Positions 34,456 through 44,044 of a DNA stretch of 64,000 nt are shown piece by piece (positions within the stretch are counted from its first letter, which is position 1; each line of letters begins with the position of its first letter). The notes below the pieces were generated by a model. That model worked only from the letters and a program-made list of their open reading frames with translations. It did no database searches and was not told the DNA's origin. A program made the position numbers and the translations under genes. The stretch is from an uncultured Chloroflexia bacterium (GTDB lineage Bacteria; Chloroflexota; Limnocylindria; Limnocylindrales; CSP1-4), in assembly GCA_963814125.1 (NCBI GenBank), contig CAWFBR010000010.1, positions 579,083-643,082 on the forward strand, written 5' to 3'.

Positions 34456-34507
34456 TCGATGGCCTCCCTCGGCGAAGGCTGACCCTCGCCGTACGACCTT
34501 GGATTCG

Positions 34508-35833
34508 TCAGACGTTGCGGAGATCCGTCACCCGCCGGGCCTTGCCTTCGCTGCGGGCCAGGGTCCTGGGCTCGACCAGCGTTACCTTCACGCGTAGCCC
34601 GAGGATGTTCTCGATCGAAGCCTCGAGCTGATGCTGCAGCGCCTCCAGCTTGCGAATCTCGTCGGAGAAGACCTCGGGCGTTACCTCGACTCTGACCTCC
34701 ATCTGGTCCAGGCCGACCTCGCGCGTGAGGACGATCTGGTAGTGCGGCAACGTGCCCTCCACCCGAAGCAGCGCGGTCTCCACCTGGGACGGGAAGACGT
34801 TCACGCCGCGGATGATGAACATGTCGTCGGAACGGCGACCGATGCGGCGGATGCGCCGCAGGGTTCTGCCGCAGGAGCATGGTTCGGTCATGATCGCCGT
34901 CACGTCGCGGGTTCGATACCGGATCATCGGCATCGCTTCCTTGGATAGCGTCGTCAGAACGAGCTCGCCCTCGCTGCCGTCGGGCAGGACATCGCCCGTG
35001 TCGGAGTCGATGATCTCCGGGTAGAAATGGTCCTCGAAGATATGCAGTCCGTGCTGCTCGGCGCATTCGACGCCCACGCCGGGGCCGATGATCTCGGACA
35101 GCCCGTAGATGTCGTGAGCCTTGATGCCGCTCTCCTGCTCGATCCGGTCGCGCATCGAGTCGCTCCATGGCTCGGCCCCGAAGACGCCGACACGCAGGCG
35201 CGAGAAATCGATCTTCATCTCCTTGGCAGATTCGAGGAGGTGGAGGAAGTAGCTCGGCGTGCAGCACAGGGCGGTAACGCCGAAGTCCTGCATGACCATC
35301 AACTGGCGTTCCGTGTTGCCGCCGCTGATCGGGATCACGGTGGCGCCCAGCGTCTCCGCGCCGTAGTGAGCGCCGAGACCACCGGTGAAGAGGCCGTAGC
35401 CGTAGGCGTTCTGGACCACGTCGCCGCGGTGGACGCCGCAAGCCGCGAAGGAGCGGACCATCACCTCGCTCCACACGTCCAGGTCGGCCTGGGTGTAGGC
35501 CACGACGATCGGTTTGCCGGTTGTCCCGGACGAGGCATGGAGGCGAACGATCTCCTCCATCGGACTCGCGAAGAGCCCGAACGGGTACGTGTCTCGCAGG
35601 TCCGTCTTGACGGTAAACGACAACCTGGCGATGTCCGCGAGCGTAACGATCGAGGCGGGCGTGAGACCGCGCTCATCCATCCGCGACCGGTAGAGCGGCA
35701 CTCGATCGTAGGAGCGGGTCACCACGGACCGCAGCCGCTGGAGCTGCACCGCAGCCAGCTGCGGGCGCGGTAGATAGTCCGGCGCGCTGACCGAGTGGAA
35801 CCCGCCCGGCGGGTCGTTCCAGGTACTCACCAC
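34508..35833 (-). CDS. paaK: Phenylacetate--CoA ligase family protein
   Basis: AMP-binding core [13 protein letters not shown] and the PaaK-specific C-terminal domain; RBS GGAGGAGG. Confidence 0.8.
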   Translation of the reverse strand: MVSTWNDPPGGFHSVSAPDYLPRPQLAAVQLQRLRSVVTRSYDRVPLYRSRMDERGLTPASIVTLADIARLSFTVKTDLRDTYPFGLFASPMEEIVRLHASSGTTGKPIVVAYTQADLDVWSEVMVRSFAACGVHRGDVVQNAYGYGLFTGGLGAHYGAETLGATVIPISGGNTERQLMVMQDFGVTALCCTPSYFLHLLESAKEMKIDFSRLRVGVFGAEPWSDSMRDRIEQESGIKAHDIYGLSEIIGPGVGVECAEQHGLHIFEDHFYPEIIDSDTGDVLPDGSEGELVLTTLSKEAMPMIRYRTRDVTAIMTEPCSCGRTLRRIRRIGRRSDDMFIIRGVNVFPSQVETALLRVEGTLPHYQIVLTREVGLDQMEVRVEVTPEVFSDEIRKLEALQHQLEASIENILGLRVKVTLVEPRTLARSEGKARRVTDLRNV

Positions 35834-35890
35834 GTCCTCCTCCGCTTGGACGAAACCAGACTCGCGGGTCCGGGCCGGGCGGACTGCCGC

Positions 35891-36406
35891 CTACCGCCCC
35901 GCGTGGGAAATTGTGCCTCGCTCGACAGCCTTCTTTCGGCCCAACTCGAAGGCCTGGAGGTTGACCGCATGGAGTCGCTCGGGAAGGGCCGCCTTCATGG
36001 CCGCGAGGATTGCCGCGGCGGGCAGATCGAGGTGAACGCTCAGCGCCCCGAGCAACGCCACGTTGAGACTGCGCTTGTTGGGCAACTCCGCCTCGGGGAT
36101 CAGATCGGGCGAGAGCAACATGCCCCTCGGCCGAAGGACGGCTCGAGTCACCTCGACCTCGGACGGGGCGAGCACCACCAGGAAATCTGCCTCGCCGCGC
36201 GGCACCATCGGTGAGAGGACCTTCTCCCCGAAGCGGACGTCCGACGTGACGGAGCCGCCGCGCTGGCTCATACCGTGGACCTCTGCCTTCTTGACGTCCA
36301 GGCCCGATCGGAGCGCGGCGTCGGCGAGGATGTCCGAGGCCTTGATGACTCCCTGACCGCCGAGGCCGGCTACCACGACGTTGATGACGGCCTGTGGCAC
36401 GCTCAT
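35891..36406 (-). CDS. iorB: Indolepyruvate:ferredoxin oxidoreductase beta subunit
   Basis: Start at the internal MSVPQAVINVVVAGLGGQGVIKAS (POR-gamma/IorB fold), overlapping the iorA stop (ATGA). The upstream 210 codons of the track ORF are spurious. Confidence 0.75.
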   Translation of the reverse strand: MSVPQAVINVVVAGLGGQGVIKASDILADAALRSGLDVKKAEVHGMSQRGGSVTSDVRFGEKVLSPMVPRGEADFLVVLAPSEVEVTRAVLRPRGMLLSPDLIPEAELPNKRSLNVALLGALSVHLDLPAAAILAAMKAALPERLHAVNLQAFELGRKKAVERGTISHAGR

Positions 36407-38091
36407 CGCTCCGCCGCCGGCACGACGTCGCAGGATGCGGCCCCTTCGGCCTCTCCGGCGCGAATCTGGGCTGCCTGCTGCTCCCACTTGCGGATGTCGG
36501 CCGCGGCCAGGATGCACGGCCGGCGGGCGACGATGACCGAAAGATCGGGCGCAGCCAGGCGTTCGACCAGCAGCCGCTCGAACCCCTCGGGATCGGCGTA
36601 CGGATCGATGACCGCCACGCTCGGGATGCCAATGGCGGAGGCGATCCCTTCGATAGACAGCTTGCCGGTGGGCCGATGGTCGAGCGTCCGGCCCGTGCCC
36701 GGGTGCTCCTGCTGCCCGGTCATCGCGGTCGTGCCGTTGTCCAGGACGATCACCACGTGCCCGCCCGGCGGTGGGTTGTAGGCCATCTCGACCAGGCCGC
36801 TGATTCCGGAGTGGACAAAAGTGGAGTCGCCGATGACCGATACGACCCGACGCGCCTGCGCCAGCGGGAGGACCTGACGCAGGCCGAGGCCAACGCCGAT
36901 CGAGGCACCCATCGCCACGCACGTGTCCATCGCCTCGTACGGCGGCAGAACGCCCAGCGTGTAACAGCCGATGTCGCCGGCCACGATGCAGTCGTGCTTC
37001 CGGAGCGTGGCGTAGACGGTGTGGTACGGGCAGGCCGGGCACAGCTCCGGCGGCTTGCCACGGGCCGGCGCCGGCTCGGGTGTGGTGTCGGCGGCCAGGA
37101 TGCGGCGAACCCGCGAGACATCCAGCTCGCCGAAGCGGTACATCTCGGCCTTCGACTCAACCTCAATTCCGGCTGCGCGGAGGGAATCGGCGATGACCGG
37201 GTCTCCTTCCTCGACCACGACGCACCGCTCGACGGATGCGGCGAAGGCGCGTGCCCGGTCGACGGGGAGCGGATTGACAAGGCCGATTTTGAGGAAGCTG
37301 GCCCCCGGCGCGGCCTCGGCGGCGTGCATGTAGGCGACGCCGTCGGCGATGACGCCGAGCGCGGGACTGCCAGGCTCGAGCCGATTGAGCGCGCCGCCGT
37401 CCAGCACCTCTCCCGCAGGAGCTTCGCCCGCAGGAGCTTCGCCCCAGGCGGCAATCTCGGCCAGCTTCGCCCTCAGCCGGCGGTGAGCCGGTCGGGCATT
37501 GGCGGGGATCATGACCCTGCCGGAGATGTCGTGGTCGAAATGGGGAGCGGGGGCGGCCGCGACCACCTCATGGCCACCCGGCGTCACGACGGACTTGCTG
37601 TGGCAGACGCGAGTCGTCATACGGAAGAGAACCGGGATGTGCCAGCGCTCTGATAGGGCGATCGCGGCGAAGAAGAAGTCGTAGGCCTCCTGGGAATCGG
37701 ACGGCTCGATCATCGGCAGCCCGGCGGCGATCGCGTAACGGCGGTTGTCCTGCTCGTTCTGCGAGGAGGCCATTCCCGGATCGTCGGCCGTGACCACGAT
37801 CAGCGCCCCGCTGACGCCAGTGTATGCGGCGGTGAAGAGCGGGTCCGCGGCTACGTTGAGACCCACGTGCTTCATCGTCACGAGAGCTCGGGCGTTGCCG
37901 AAGGCGGCGCCGAGGCCGACCTCCAGGGCCACCTTCTCGTTGGGCGCCCACTGGGCACGTCCACCCAGGGCGTCGAACGTTTCGAGGATCTCCGTCGATG
38001 GAGTTCCCGGATAGCCCGTCCCGAGGGCGACCCCCGCATGCAGGGCCGCCAGGGCGACCGCCTCGTCGCCCGACAGGAGCTGTCTATCCAT
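36403..38091 (-). CDS. iorA: Indolepyruvate:ferredoxin oxidoreductase alpha subunit (TPP-dependent)
   Basis: Pyrimidine-binding and TPP domains of a 2-oxoacid:ferredoxin oxidoreductase (GTGYPGTPSTE..., GDIGCYTLG, GDSTFVHSG). No C-terminal CxxCxxCxxxCP ferredoxin motifs are visible. Confidence 0.8.
   Translation of the reverse strand: MDRQLLSGDEAVALAALHAGVALGTGYPGTPSTEILETFDALGGRAQWAPNEKVALEVGLGAAFGNARALVTMKHVGLNVAADPLFTAAYTGVSGALIVVTADDPGMASSQNEQDNRRYAIAAGLPMIEPSDSQEAYDFFFAAIALSERWHIPVLFRMTTRVCHSKSVVTPGGHEVVAAAPAPHFDHDISGRVMIPANARPAHRRLRAKLAEIAAWGEAPAGEAPAGEVLDGGALNRLEPGSPALGVIADGVAYMHAAEAAPGASFLKIGLVNPLPVDRARAFAASVERCVVVEEGDPVIADSLRAAGIEVESKAEMYRFGELDVSRVRRILAADTTPEPAPARGKPPELCPACPYHTVYATLRKHDCIVAGDIGCYTLGVLPPYEAMDTCVAMGASIGVGLGLRQVLPLAQARRVVSVIGDSTFVHSGISGLVEMAYNPPPGGHVVIVLDNGTTAMTGQQEHPGTGRTLDHRPTGKLSIEGIASAIGIPSVAVIDPYADPEGFERLLVERLAAPDLSVIVARRPCILAAADIRKWEQQAAQIRAGEAEGAASCDVVPAAER
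37412..37445. repeat. 15-bp tandem repeat x2 (cccgcaggagcttcg) encoding GEAPAGEAPAGE inside iorA
   Basis: Encodes the same peptide repeat as in acnA but with different codons (gaa gct cct versus gag gct ccc). Confidence 0.6.
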
Positions 38092-38160
38092 GGTCGCGTT
38101 CGTCCTCGCAGAAAGAGCGCAGGGCGGCCCACCAATCGGCGGGAGTCGTTCTTGCGGAAA

Positions 38161-38237
38161 TGGTGGGCGATACTGGACTCGAACCAGTGACCTCGCGGAT
38201 GTGAACCGCGCGCTCTAACCAGCTGAGCTAATCGCCC
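38161..38237 (-). tRNA. tRNA-Val (anticodon CAC)
   Basis: Reverse complement reads GGGCGATTAGCTCAGCTGGTTAGAGCGCGCGGTTCACATCCGCGAGGTCACTGGTTCGAGTCCAGTATCGCCCACCA, a standard cloverleaf with a 7-bp acceptor stem, GTTCGAGTC T-loop and encoded CCA. Confidence 0.85.
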
Positions 38238-38366
38238 ACCGATACGGCGCCTTGCCGCCGGACGCCGATTATAGCGACCCTCTGCCCGGGCACGGAACCT
38301 GACGGGGCCGCTCGACTCGACCTCGCCACCCGATTCCGGCCGCTTCGCAAGCCCGGCCGCGCTCCC

Positions 38367-38678
38367 TCATACCTTGAGCCCGGGCCAGCGAGCCTCCACC
38401 TCATCGGGCGAGATCCCGTCCACGACGATCAGCTTGTGGCGACCCGTGGCGCCGGCGACCATCTGGATTGAGCTGCGTGAGACGTCCAGTTCGTCGGCCA
38501 GGAGGCGAACCAGGGCCGCATTGGCCGCTCCGTCCACCGGCGGAGCGGTGACGCGAACCTGCAGCACGCCCTCATCGGTGACACCGTCGACGCGGTCCGC
38601 GACCGCGCGCGGCGTCAAGCGGACGGCGAACCTCACCGAAGCGGGCGTACGATCCGCGGGGCGAAAGCCTGGACGCAT
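38367..38678 (-). CDS. DUF167 (YggU family) protein
   Basis: About 100 aa with VRVTAPPVDGAANAAL...IVVDGI, typical of YggU. It lies downstream of yggS, as in E. coli. Confidence 0.65.
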   Translation of the reverse strand: MRPGFRPADRTPASVRFAVRLTPRAVADRVDGVTDEGVLQVRVTAPPVDGAANAALVRLLADELDVSRSSIQMVAGATGRHKLIVVDGISPDEVEARWPGLKV

Positions 38679-38764
38679 CGTGCGATTATCGCGCCCGGGC
38701 CGCTTCCGCCAAGTCGGGTGCCGAAAGATCTCTCCTAGCGGTCCCGCCCACTGGGACCCACTGC

Positions 38765-39523
38765 TTAGCCGGGCCGCTGCCCGAAGAGCGCTCGGCCGAC
38801 ACGGATGAGCGTCGCCCCTTCCTCCACGGCCACGTTGTAGTCGTCCGACATGCCCATCGAAAGCCCGGCGCCGAGCGCCGGCGTCTCGCCTTGCAGCCGC
38901 AACGAAAGCTCACGAAGCCGGACGAAAGTGGGTCGCGCCTCCTCAGAGGAACCGACGAGCCGCCCGACCGTCATGAGTCCCAGGAGCGACAGGTTTGGCA
39001 ACTCCGCGAGCCGCGGCAGGTCCGCCGCGAGCACCTCCGGAAGAAAACCCGTCTTGGCCTCATCTCGATCGACGTTCACCTGCAGGTATACGCCGAGCGT
39101 CGCCGAGCGCGCCTCGCCGGCCGGCACTGCCGGCACCGCGCCTGCGGCCGTGGGGATCTCGCCGGCCAGTCGATCGAGCCTGCGCGCCAGCTCGAACGAG
39201 TCGACCGACTCGATCGTCTCGAACAACTCGACCGCCCGGCGGGCCTTGTTCGATTGAAGCGGCCCGATGAGATGCCAGTGCGCTCCCGGCACGTGGGGCG
39301 CCTTGGACTCGGCCTCCTGGACACGGTTCTCGCCCAACCGGGTCAGTCCGGCCGCCACGGCCGCCAGGATGCGATTGACGGACACCAGCTTGGAGACCGC
39401 GACGAGCTCGACGCCTGCCGGGTCGCGCCCCGCGCGGCTGCACGCCTCGGCCACCGCGGCGAGAACTCGAGACCGCGCCGCGCGCAGCCCGACGACCGCG
39501 TCGGGATCGTCGAGAGGGCGCAA
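38765..39523 (-). CDS. yggS: YggS family pyridoxal-phosphate homeostasis protein
   Basis: VAVSKLVS (PLP lysine) and MGMSDDY motifs; sits immediately downstream of ftsZ. Confidence 0.8.
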   Translation of the reverse strand: MRPLDDPDAVVGLRAARSRVLAAVAEACSRAGRDPAGVELVAVSKLVSVNRILAAVAAGLTRLGENRVQEAESKAPHVPGAHWHLIGPLQSNKARRAVELFETIESVDSFELARRLDRLAGEIPTAAGAVPAVPAGEARSATLGVYLQVNVDRDEAKTGFLPEVLAADLPRLAELPNLSLLGLMTVGRLVGSSEEARPTFVRLRELSLRLQGETPALGAGLSMGMSDDYNVAVEEGATLIRVGRALFGQRPG

Positions 39524-39535
39524 GATGCGGGAAGC

Positions 39536-40813
39536 CTAGCCCTGGTCCTCCACTGGAGGCCGCCGCAGGAAGCTCGGGATTTCGAGGTCCCTGTCGTCGT
39601 ACGTCCTGGGCGCCGGCCGCTGATCCAGCGTTGGTCGATGGGTCGGGGCGGGCGCCGGGTGTACGGGAACCGGGACCGGCTGGCGCTCCGGCAGTCCCAC
39701 CGGCCCATAGGTCTGGACGCGCGTCTGGGACGAGAACGCCTCGGCCGGGCTCGGCCGCGGGCGTCCCAGCTCGTGCAGCAGGTCGACTCCGTCGTAGGGC
39801 GACGAATGAACCTCCACCGGTGTCCGCTGACTGCTCTCGATTCGCGACGACTCGCGCTTGTGGCTGGGGTCGAAGCCTGTGGCGATGACGGTGATCATGA
39901 CCTCGTCCGCAAGGTGCGGGTCCAGGCTCGTGCCGAAGATGATGTTCGCCTCCGGGTCCGCCGCGGACCGGATCTCGTCCGCGGCTTCGGTAACCTCGAA
40001 CAAGCTGAGGTTCGACGAGCCGGCGATGTTGAACAGGATTCCCTGGGCGCCGTTGATGTTGACCTCGAGGAGCGGGCTGGCAATCGCCTGACGGACGGCC
40101 TCCAAGGAGCGGTTGTCACCGCTGGCCCGACCGATCCCCATCAGAGCCGAGCCGGCGTCCCTCATGACGGCTCGAACGTCGGCAAAGTCGAGGTTGATGA
40201 TGCCCGGGACGGTGATGATGTCGCTGATCCCCTGGACGCCCTGGCGCAAGACGTCATCTACGTACCGGAAAGCCTCGACGATGGAGGTGTTCTTCTGGAC
40301 GACGTCCCGAAGGCGGTCGTTGGGGATCGTGATCAGCGTATCGACCTTTTCCCTCAGTTCATCGGCTGCTCGTTCGGCGACGAGCTTGCGGCGCGCGCCC
40401 TCGAAGCCGAACGGCTTGGTGACCACGGCGATGGTCAACGCGCCAAGCTCCTTGGCGATCTCGGCCACGATCGGAGCGGCGCCAGAGCCAGTGCCGCCGC
40501 CCAGTCCGGCCGTGATGAAGACCATATCCGAATCGGTCAGGGCCTCCGTGATCTTCTCGGAGTCCTCCTCGGCCGCCCTCTGGCCGATGGACGCATCGCC
40601 TCCGGCGCCCAAACCACGCGTGATCTTGTCGCCGATCCGAATCTTGTGGGGAGCGTCGGACTGGAGGAGCGCCTGCGCGTCCGTGTTGCAGGCGATGAAC
40701 TCCACCCCCATCATCTCGGCCTGAATCATGCGATTGACGGCGTTGCTACCGCCGCCGCCCACGCCGATCACACGGATCAGCGCAAAGTTCTCGGAATCGG
40801 ACCGTAGCGGCAT
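39536..40813 (-). CDS. ftsZ: Cell division protein FtsZ
   Basis: Start at the internal ATG ([26 protein letters not shown]) with RBS GGAGGA. Tubulin signature [10 protein letters not shown] and C-terminal peptide [10 protein letters not shown] are present. Confidence 0.9.
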   Translation of the reverse strand: MPLRSDSENFALIRVIGVGGGGSNAVNRMIQAEMMGVEFIACNTDAQALLQSDAPHKIRIGDKITRGLGAGGDASIGQRAAEEDSEKITEALTDSDMVFITAGLGGGTGSGAAPIVAEIAKELGALTIAVVTKPFGFEGARRKLVAERAADELREKVDTLITIPNDRLRDVVQKNTSIVEAFRYVDDVLRQGVQGISDIITVPGIINLDFADVRAVMRDAGSALMGIGRASGDNRSLEAVRQAIASPLLEVNINGAQGILFNIAGSSNLSLFEVTEAADEIRSAADPEANIIFGTSLDPHLADEVMITVIATGFDPSHKRESSRIESSQRTPVEVHSSPYDGVDLLHELGRPRPSPAEAFSSQTRVQTYGPVGLPERQPVPVPVHPAPAPTHRPTLDQRPAPRTYDDRDLEIPSFLRRPPVEDQG

Positions 40814-41066
40814 TCCTGATCCTCCGGTGGCTCTCCGGCTGATGTTTGTCGTTCGGTCCGGCCCCCCCGAGATCTCGTAGAGCACTAGCGCGTGACGGGG
40901 CTGGCTCGGATGGCGATAAGTATACGCCGGAACCGGTCAAATGGGGCGGCATATCGCACACCGAAACGCGGTGTCCATGAAGGACCGTCGAACGTACGTT
41001 CGCGTTTCTGGGCAGAAGGGTCCCAAATCGCCGATTGTCCCGATTCGCCCCTCTGGCGAGCCGGTC

Positions 41067-41471
41067 TCAACCCGGCACGAAGGTCAGTCTCACGGCTCGA
41101 GCGGCATTGTCCGAGTTGGGGTCGAGGAGGGCGATCGACTGCCAGGTACCCAGGGTCAACCGGCCTGAAACGACCGGCACGGTGAGCGAGGGCGGAGCGA
41201 CGATCGGCACCAGATGATCCGCGCCGTGGCCGGGCGATCCATGGCGATGGACCCACCGATCGTCCCGTGGGAGGAGCCGGTCCAGGACCGCCATCAGATC
41301 GGCATCGGATCCTGCACCCAGCTCGACGACGACGATGCCGGCGGTTGCGTGAGGCACGAAGACGACCAGCAGCCCGTCGCCCTCGCCCCCGACGAACTTC
41401 TCGCAGGCAGCCGTCAGGTCGAATAGGCCGCGGTGACTCCCGGTCTGGATAGACAGTTCAGCGGTCTTCAT
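41067..41471 (-). CDS. YjbQ/UPF0047 family protein
   Basis: 134 aa with HATAGIVV.E, characteristic of YjbQ. It sits between ftsA and ftsZ. Confidence 0.7.
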   Translation of the reverse strand: MKTAELSIQTGSHRGLFDLTAACEKFVGGEGDGLLVVFVPHATAGIVVVELGAGSDADLMAVLDRLLPRDDRWVHRHGSPGHGADHLVPIVAPPSLTVPVVSGRLTLGTWQSIALLDPNSDNAARAVRLTFVPG

Positions 41472-41510
41472 GGCTGAGACCTCTGGCCGGGTTCCGTCGG
41501 ATCCGTACGG

Positions 41511-42743
41511 TTACGGTAGGAAGTGGCCCAGGCCATCACGCACGCGCCCCAGCAGGCCCGATGCCGGGGCCGACTCGAAGCGCGTGGCCTCGCCCGATTC
41601 CAATGCCTTCGCGCCCCAATAGAGCAGGCCGATGGCCGTGCTGTAGGCAGGATTCATGATGTTGTCGGTCAATCCGCCGACGCCTGTCGGGCCGGCCACG
41701 CGGACGGGCATGTCCATCACTTCTCGGCCCAACGCCGCAGCGCCCGCCAGCTGGGCGGCGCCGCCGGTCAATACCACGCCGGCAGGGAGTATCCCGTCAC
41801 CCGCGGCGCGGATCTCCGCGGCAAGCATCTCGAACGTCTCGCGCATTCGCGCCTCGATGATTCGGCAGATGTCGAAGCGGCTGATAGTCCGGCCGGCCGT
41901 CTCGCCCAGCATCGAGACGCTGATCAGATCGTCGTCTGCGACCGTCGACAGATCGCAGCTGCCGTGCTGGATCTTGAGTTCCTCGGCTATCTCCAGGCTC
42001 GTCTTGAGGCCGATTGCGAGATCGTTGGTGACGTTGTTGCCACCTACCGGCAAGACGATCGTCTTGAAGGGCGAGCCATCCAGGAAGAGGGCCAGGTCAA
42101 TCGTACCGGCGCCGATGTCGGCAACGGCAACGCCAAGGTCCCGCTCCGTGTCCGACAGCACGCACTCCCCCGAGGCGAGCGAGCCTGCCACGAGCTCGTC
42201 GATCTTGACGTTGGCCGCCTGGACGCACTTGGCCAGGTTCCGGACCGCGGTCGCGGCGGCGGTCACGATGTGGGTCTCGATCTCGAGGCGGATGGCGCTC
42301 ATTCCGAGCGGGTCCTTCACCCCCTCCTGGCCGTCGACGATAAAACCTCGGGGCAGCACGTGCAGGACTTCCCGGTTCGAGGGAATCGAGACCGCCCGTG
42401 CTACTTCCAGGGCGCGGTTGACGTCCTCGCGCATGACTTCGTGCCTGTGGCCGCTCACGGCCACGGCTCCGCGCGAGTTCTGGCTCTCGACATTCTGTCC
42501 GCCGACGCCGACGAAGGCCCGGTCGATCTGATAGCCCGACAGCCGCTCGGCGTGGTCGACTGCCCCGCCGATGGACCGGACGGTCTGGTCGATGTTGACC
42601 ACCACTCCCCGCCTGAGACCCAGGGCGGGCACGACCCCTTTGCCGACGATGGTCAGGCTCCCATCCCGAGCCACCTCGCCGATGAGGGCGCAGACCTTGC
42701 TGGTGCCTACATCGATACCGACGAGCACTGCTTCGCGTTCCAC
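41511..42743 (-). CDS. ftsA: Cell division protein FtsA
   Basis: Actin-like ATPase: GIDVGTSKV, DIGAGTID, VVLTGGAAQL. Confidence 0.9.
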   Translation of the reverse strand: MEREAVLVGIDVGTSKVCALIGEVARDGSLTIVGKGVVPALGLRRGVVVNIDQTVRSIGGAVDHAERLSGYQIDRAFVGVGGQNVESQNSRGAVAVSGHRHEVMREDVNRALEVARAVSIPSNREVLHVLPRGFIVDGQEGVKDPLGMSAIRLEIETHIVTAAATAVRNLAKCVQAANVKIDELVAGSLASGECVLSDTERDLGVAVADIGAGTIDLALFLDGSPFKTIVLPVGGNNVTNDLAIGLKTSLEIAEELKIQHGSCDLSTVADDDLISVSMLGETAGRTISRFDICRIIEARMRETFEMLAAEIRAAGDGILPAGVVLTGGAAQLAGAAALGREVMDMPVRVAGPTGVGGLTDNIMNPAYSTAIGLLYWGAKALESGEATRFESAPASGLLGRVRDGLGHFLP

Positions 42744-42900
42744 TGCTCCCGTCCTCGGTTAGGGCCTCAGGGTCGAGGCGTTGCTACGGTTGGTAGGCCG
42801 ACGGCACCTGTCGAATCCGGAGTCTTCGTGAAGGCTAACCGACCCGAGGGAGGCCGGGCAACCCAACGCCGCAGGGAGCGCTCGGCGCGACTGCGACGGC

Positions 42901-44037
42901 CTAACGGAGGGTGACTGTGTTGATATGGTTCTCGCTGACGTCGGAGACGAGCCGGACCCACGCGACCTTGCCCTCGCCCCACTCGTACAGGGCCGATCTC
43001 AGGTCTCTCACCTGGGTCGGTATGACCGTCACCTTGCGGACGGTCGGGGCGTAGAACCCGAACTGCGCCACCCACCCGGCCGGCACGGCGCTGAGAGTGA
43101 AGCCGTTGTCGTCATCGAGGACGACCGCAAGAGCGGCGGCGCTGCTGCCGACGTCAGACGGCTTCAGGCCCGCGATACGGTAGCCGGCGTCCAGGTTGAT
43201 TGGATCGACGACGCTGCCGAGGACCAGACCGGCATCGGCGGCGCGGCGGTCGTAGACGACCGGCAGGGCCAGCGCCCCGGGACCCGGGCTGGCATTAGGG
43301 TCCGCGATCGGCGGGGGCGCGAGCGACGCGACCAGCGACGGGTTGGGGGTCGGGGTTGGGGCCGGCGGCGCAGTGGCTTTGCCGGCCTTCGTGGGCGTGG
43401 CCTTGGGGTTCTTCGTCGGTGTGGCTTTGGGCTTGGGTGTCGGCGTCGGCTCCGCGGAGGGGCTCGCCGCGGGAGTCGGGCTTTCGTTCGCCGCGGATGT
43501 TTCGGCCGAGGCCGTGTCCCCGGGCGTCGGAGTCGGGATCGTTTCGGTCGGCACCGGCAGTGGTCCGGCCGCCGAGGCGATCGGGTTCCCGGCCGCGTCT
43601 ACCAGCCCGAAGAGGAACCCGTCCTGATCCGCCACGTAGCGCTGATCGCCGACCACCCAGATGAGCTTCGGCTCCCGCTCCACGACGGTTACGACGACAG
43701 TGGACGGCAGCACGAGCTCAACGCGAGCCGACTGGACGGCCGGCAACCGGACGAGCTGCTCGGCCGCTCGATCGGTGTGGATTCTGAACAGGTTGGGCGA
43801 GTCGGCCAGGCCGACGATCGATCGGACGATCGACTCGCTCGTGAACGCAGTTCCGCGGATCTCGAGGGTGCGAGCATCGAACGCCGGAGCGGAGCTCACG
43901 CCCAGCAGACCGGCGGCACAGGCCACCATGACGGCGCCTGCCAGCACCTGGACCGAACGCAACCGGGGCCCGGTTCGCCGCACGGACGCGCGACGAACCT
44001 GCGATCCGGAGCGGCGGGACGGCATACGCCGGTTCAT
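42901..44037 (-). CDS. ftsQ: Cell division protein FtsQ/DivIB with a Pro/Thr/Lys-rich insertion
   Basis: N-terminal basic cytoplasmic tail, one TM helix, a POTRA-like segment (LEIRGTAFTSESIV...), an approximately 90-aa PT/K-rich low-complexity insert, then the FtsQ beta domain. Confidence 0.7.
   Translation of the reverse strand: MNRRMPSRRSGSQVRRASVRRTGPRLRSVQVLAGAVMVACAAGLLGVSSAPAFDARTLEIRGTAFTSESIVRSIVGLADSPNLFRIHTDRAAEQLVRLPAVQSARVELVLPSTVVVTVVEREPKLIWVVGDQRYVADQDGFLFGLVDAAGNPIASAAGPLPVPTETIPTPTPGDTASAETSAANESPTPAASPSAEPTPTPKPKATPTKNPKATPTKAGKATAPPAPTPTPNPSLVASLAPPPIADPNASPGPGALALPVVYDRRAADAGLVLGSVVDPINLDAGYRIAGLKPSDVGSSAAALAVVLDDDNGFTLSAVPAGWVAQFGFYAPTVRKVTVIPTQVRDLRSALYEWGEGKVAWVRLVSDVSENHINTVTLR
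43385..43460. repeat. Imperfect 21-24-bp tandem repeats encoding KATPTK(N/A)(P/G) units inside ftsQ
   Basis: Plus strand ggctttgccggccttcgtgggcgtggccttggggttcttcgtcggtgtggctttgggcttggg...; the protein reads PTPKPKATPTKNPKATPTKAGKATAPP. Confidence 0.5.
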
Positions 44038-44044
44038 CGGGGCC

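Noticed and set aside
35891-37042. 383-aa ORF as a fused protein
   Set aside because: The IorB homology begins at the internal ATG that overlaps the iorA stop. The upstream part is an alternate-frame read-through of iorA.
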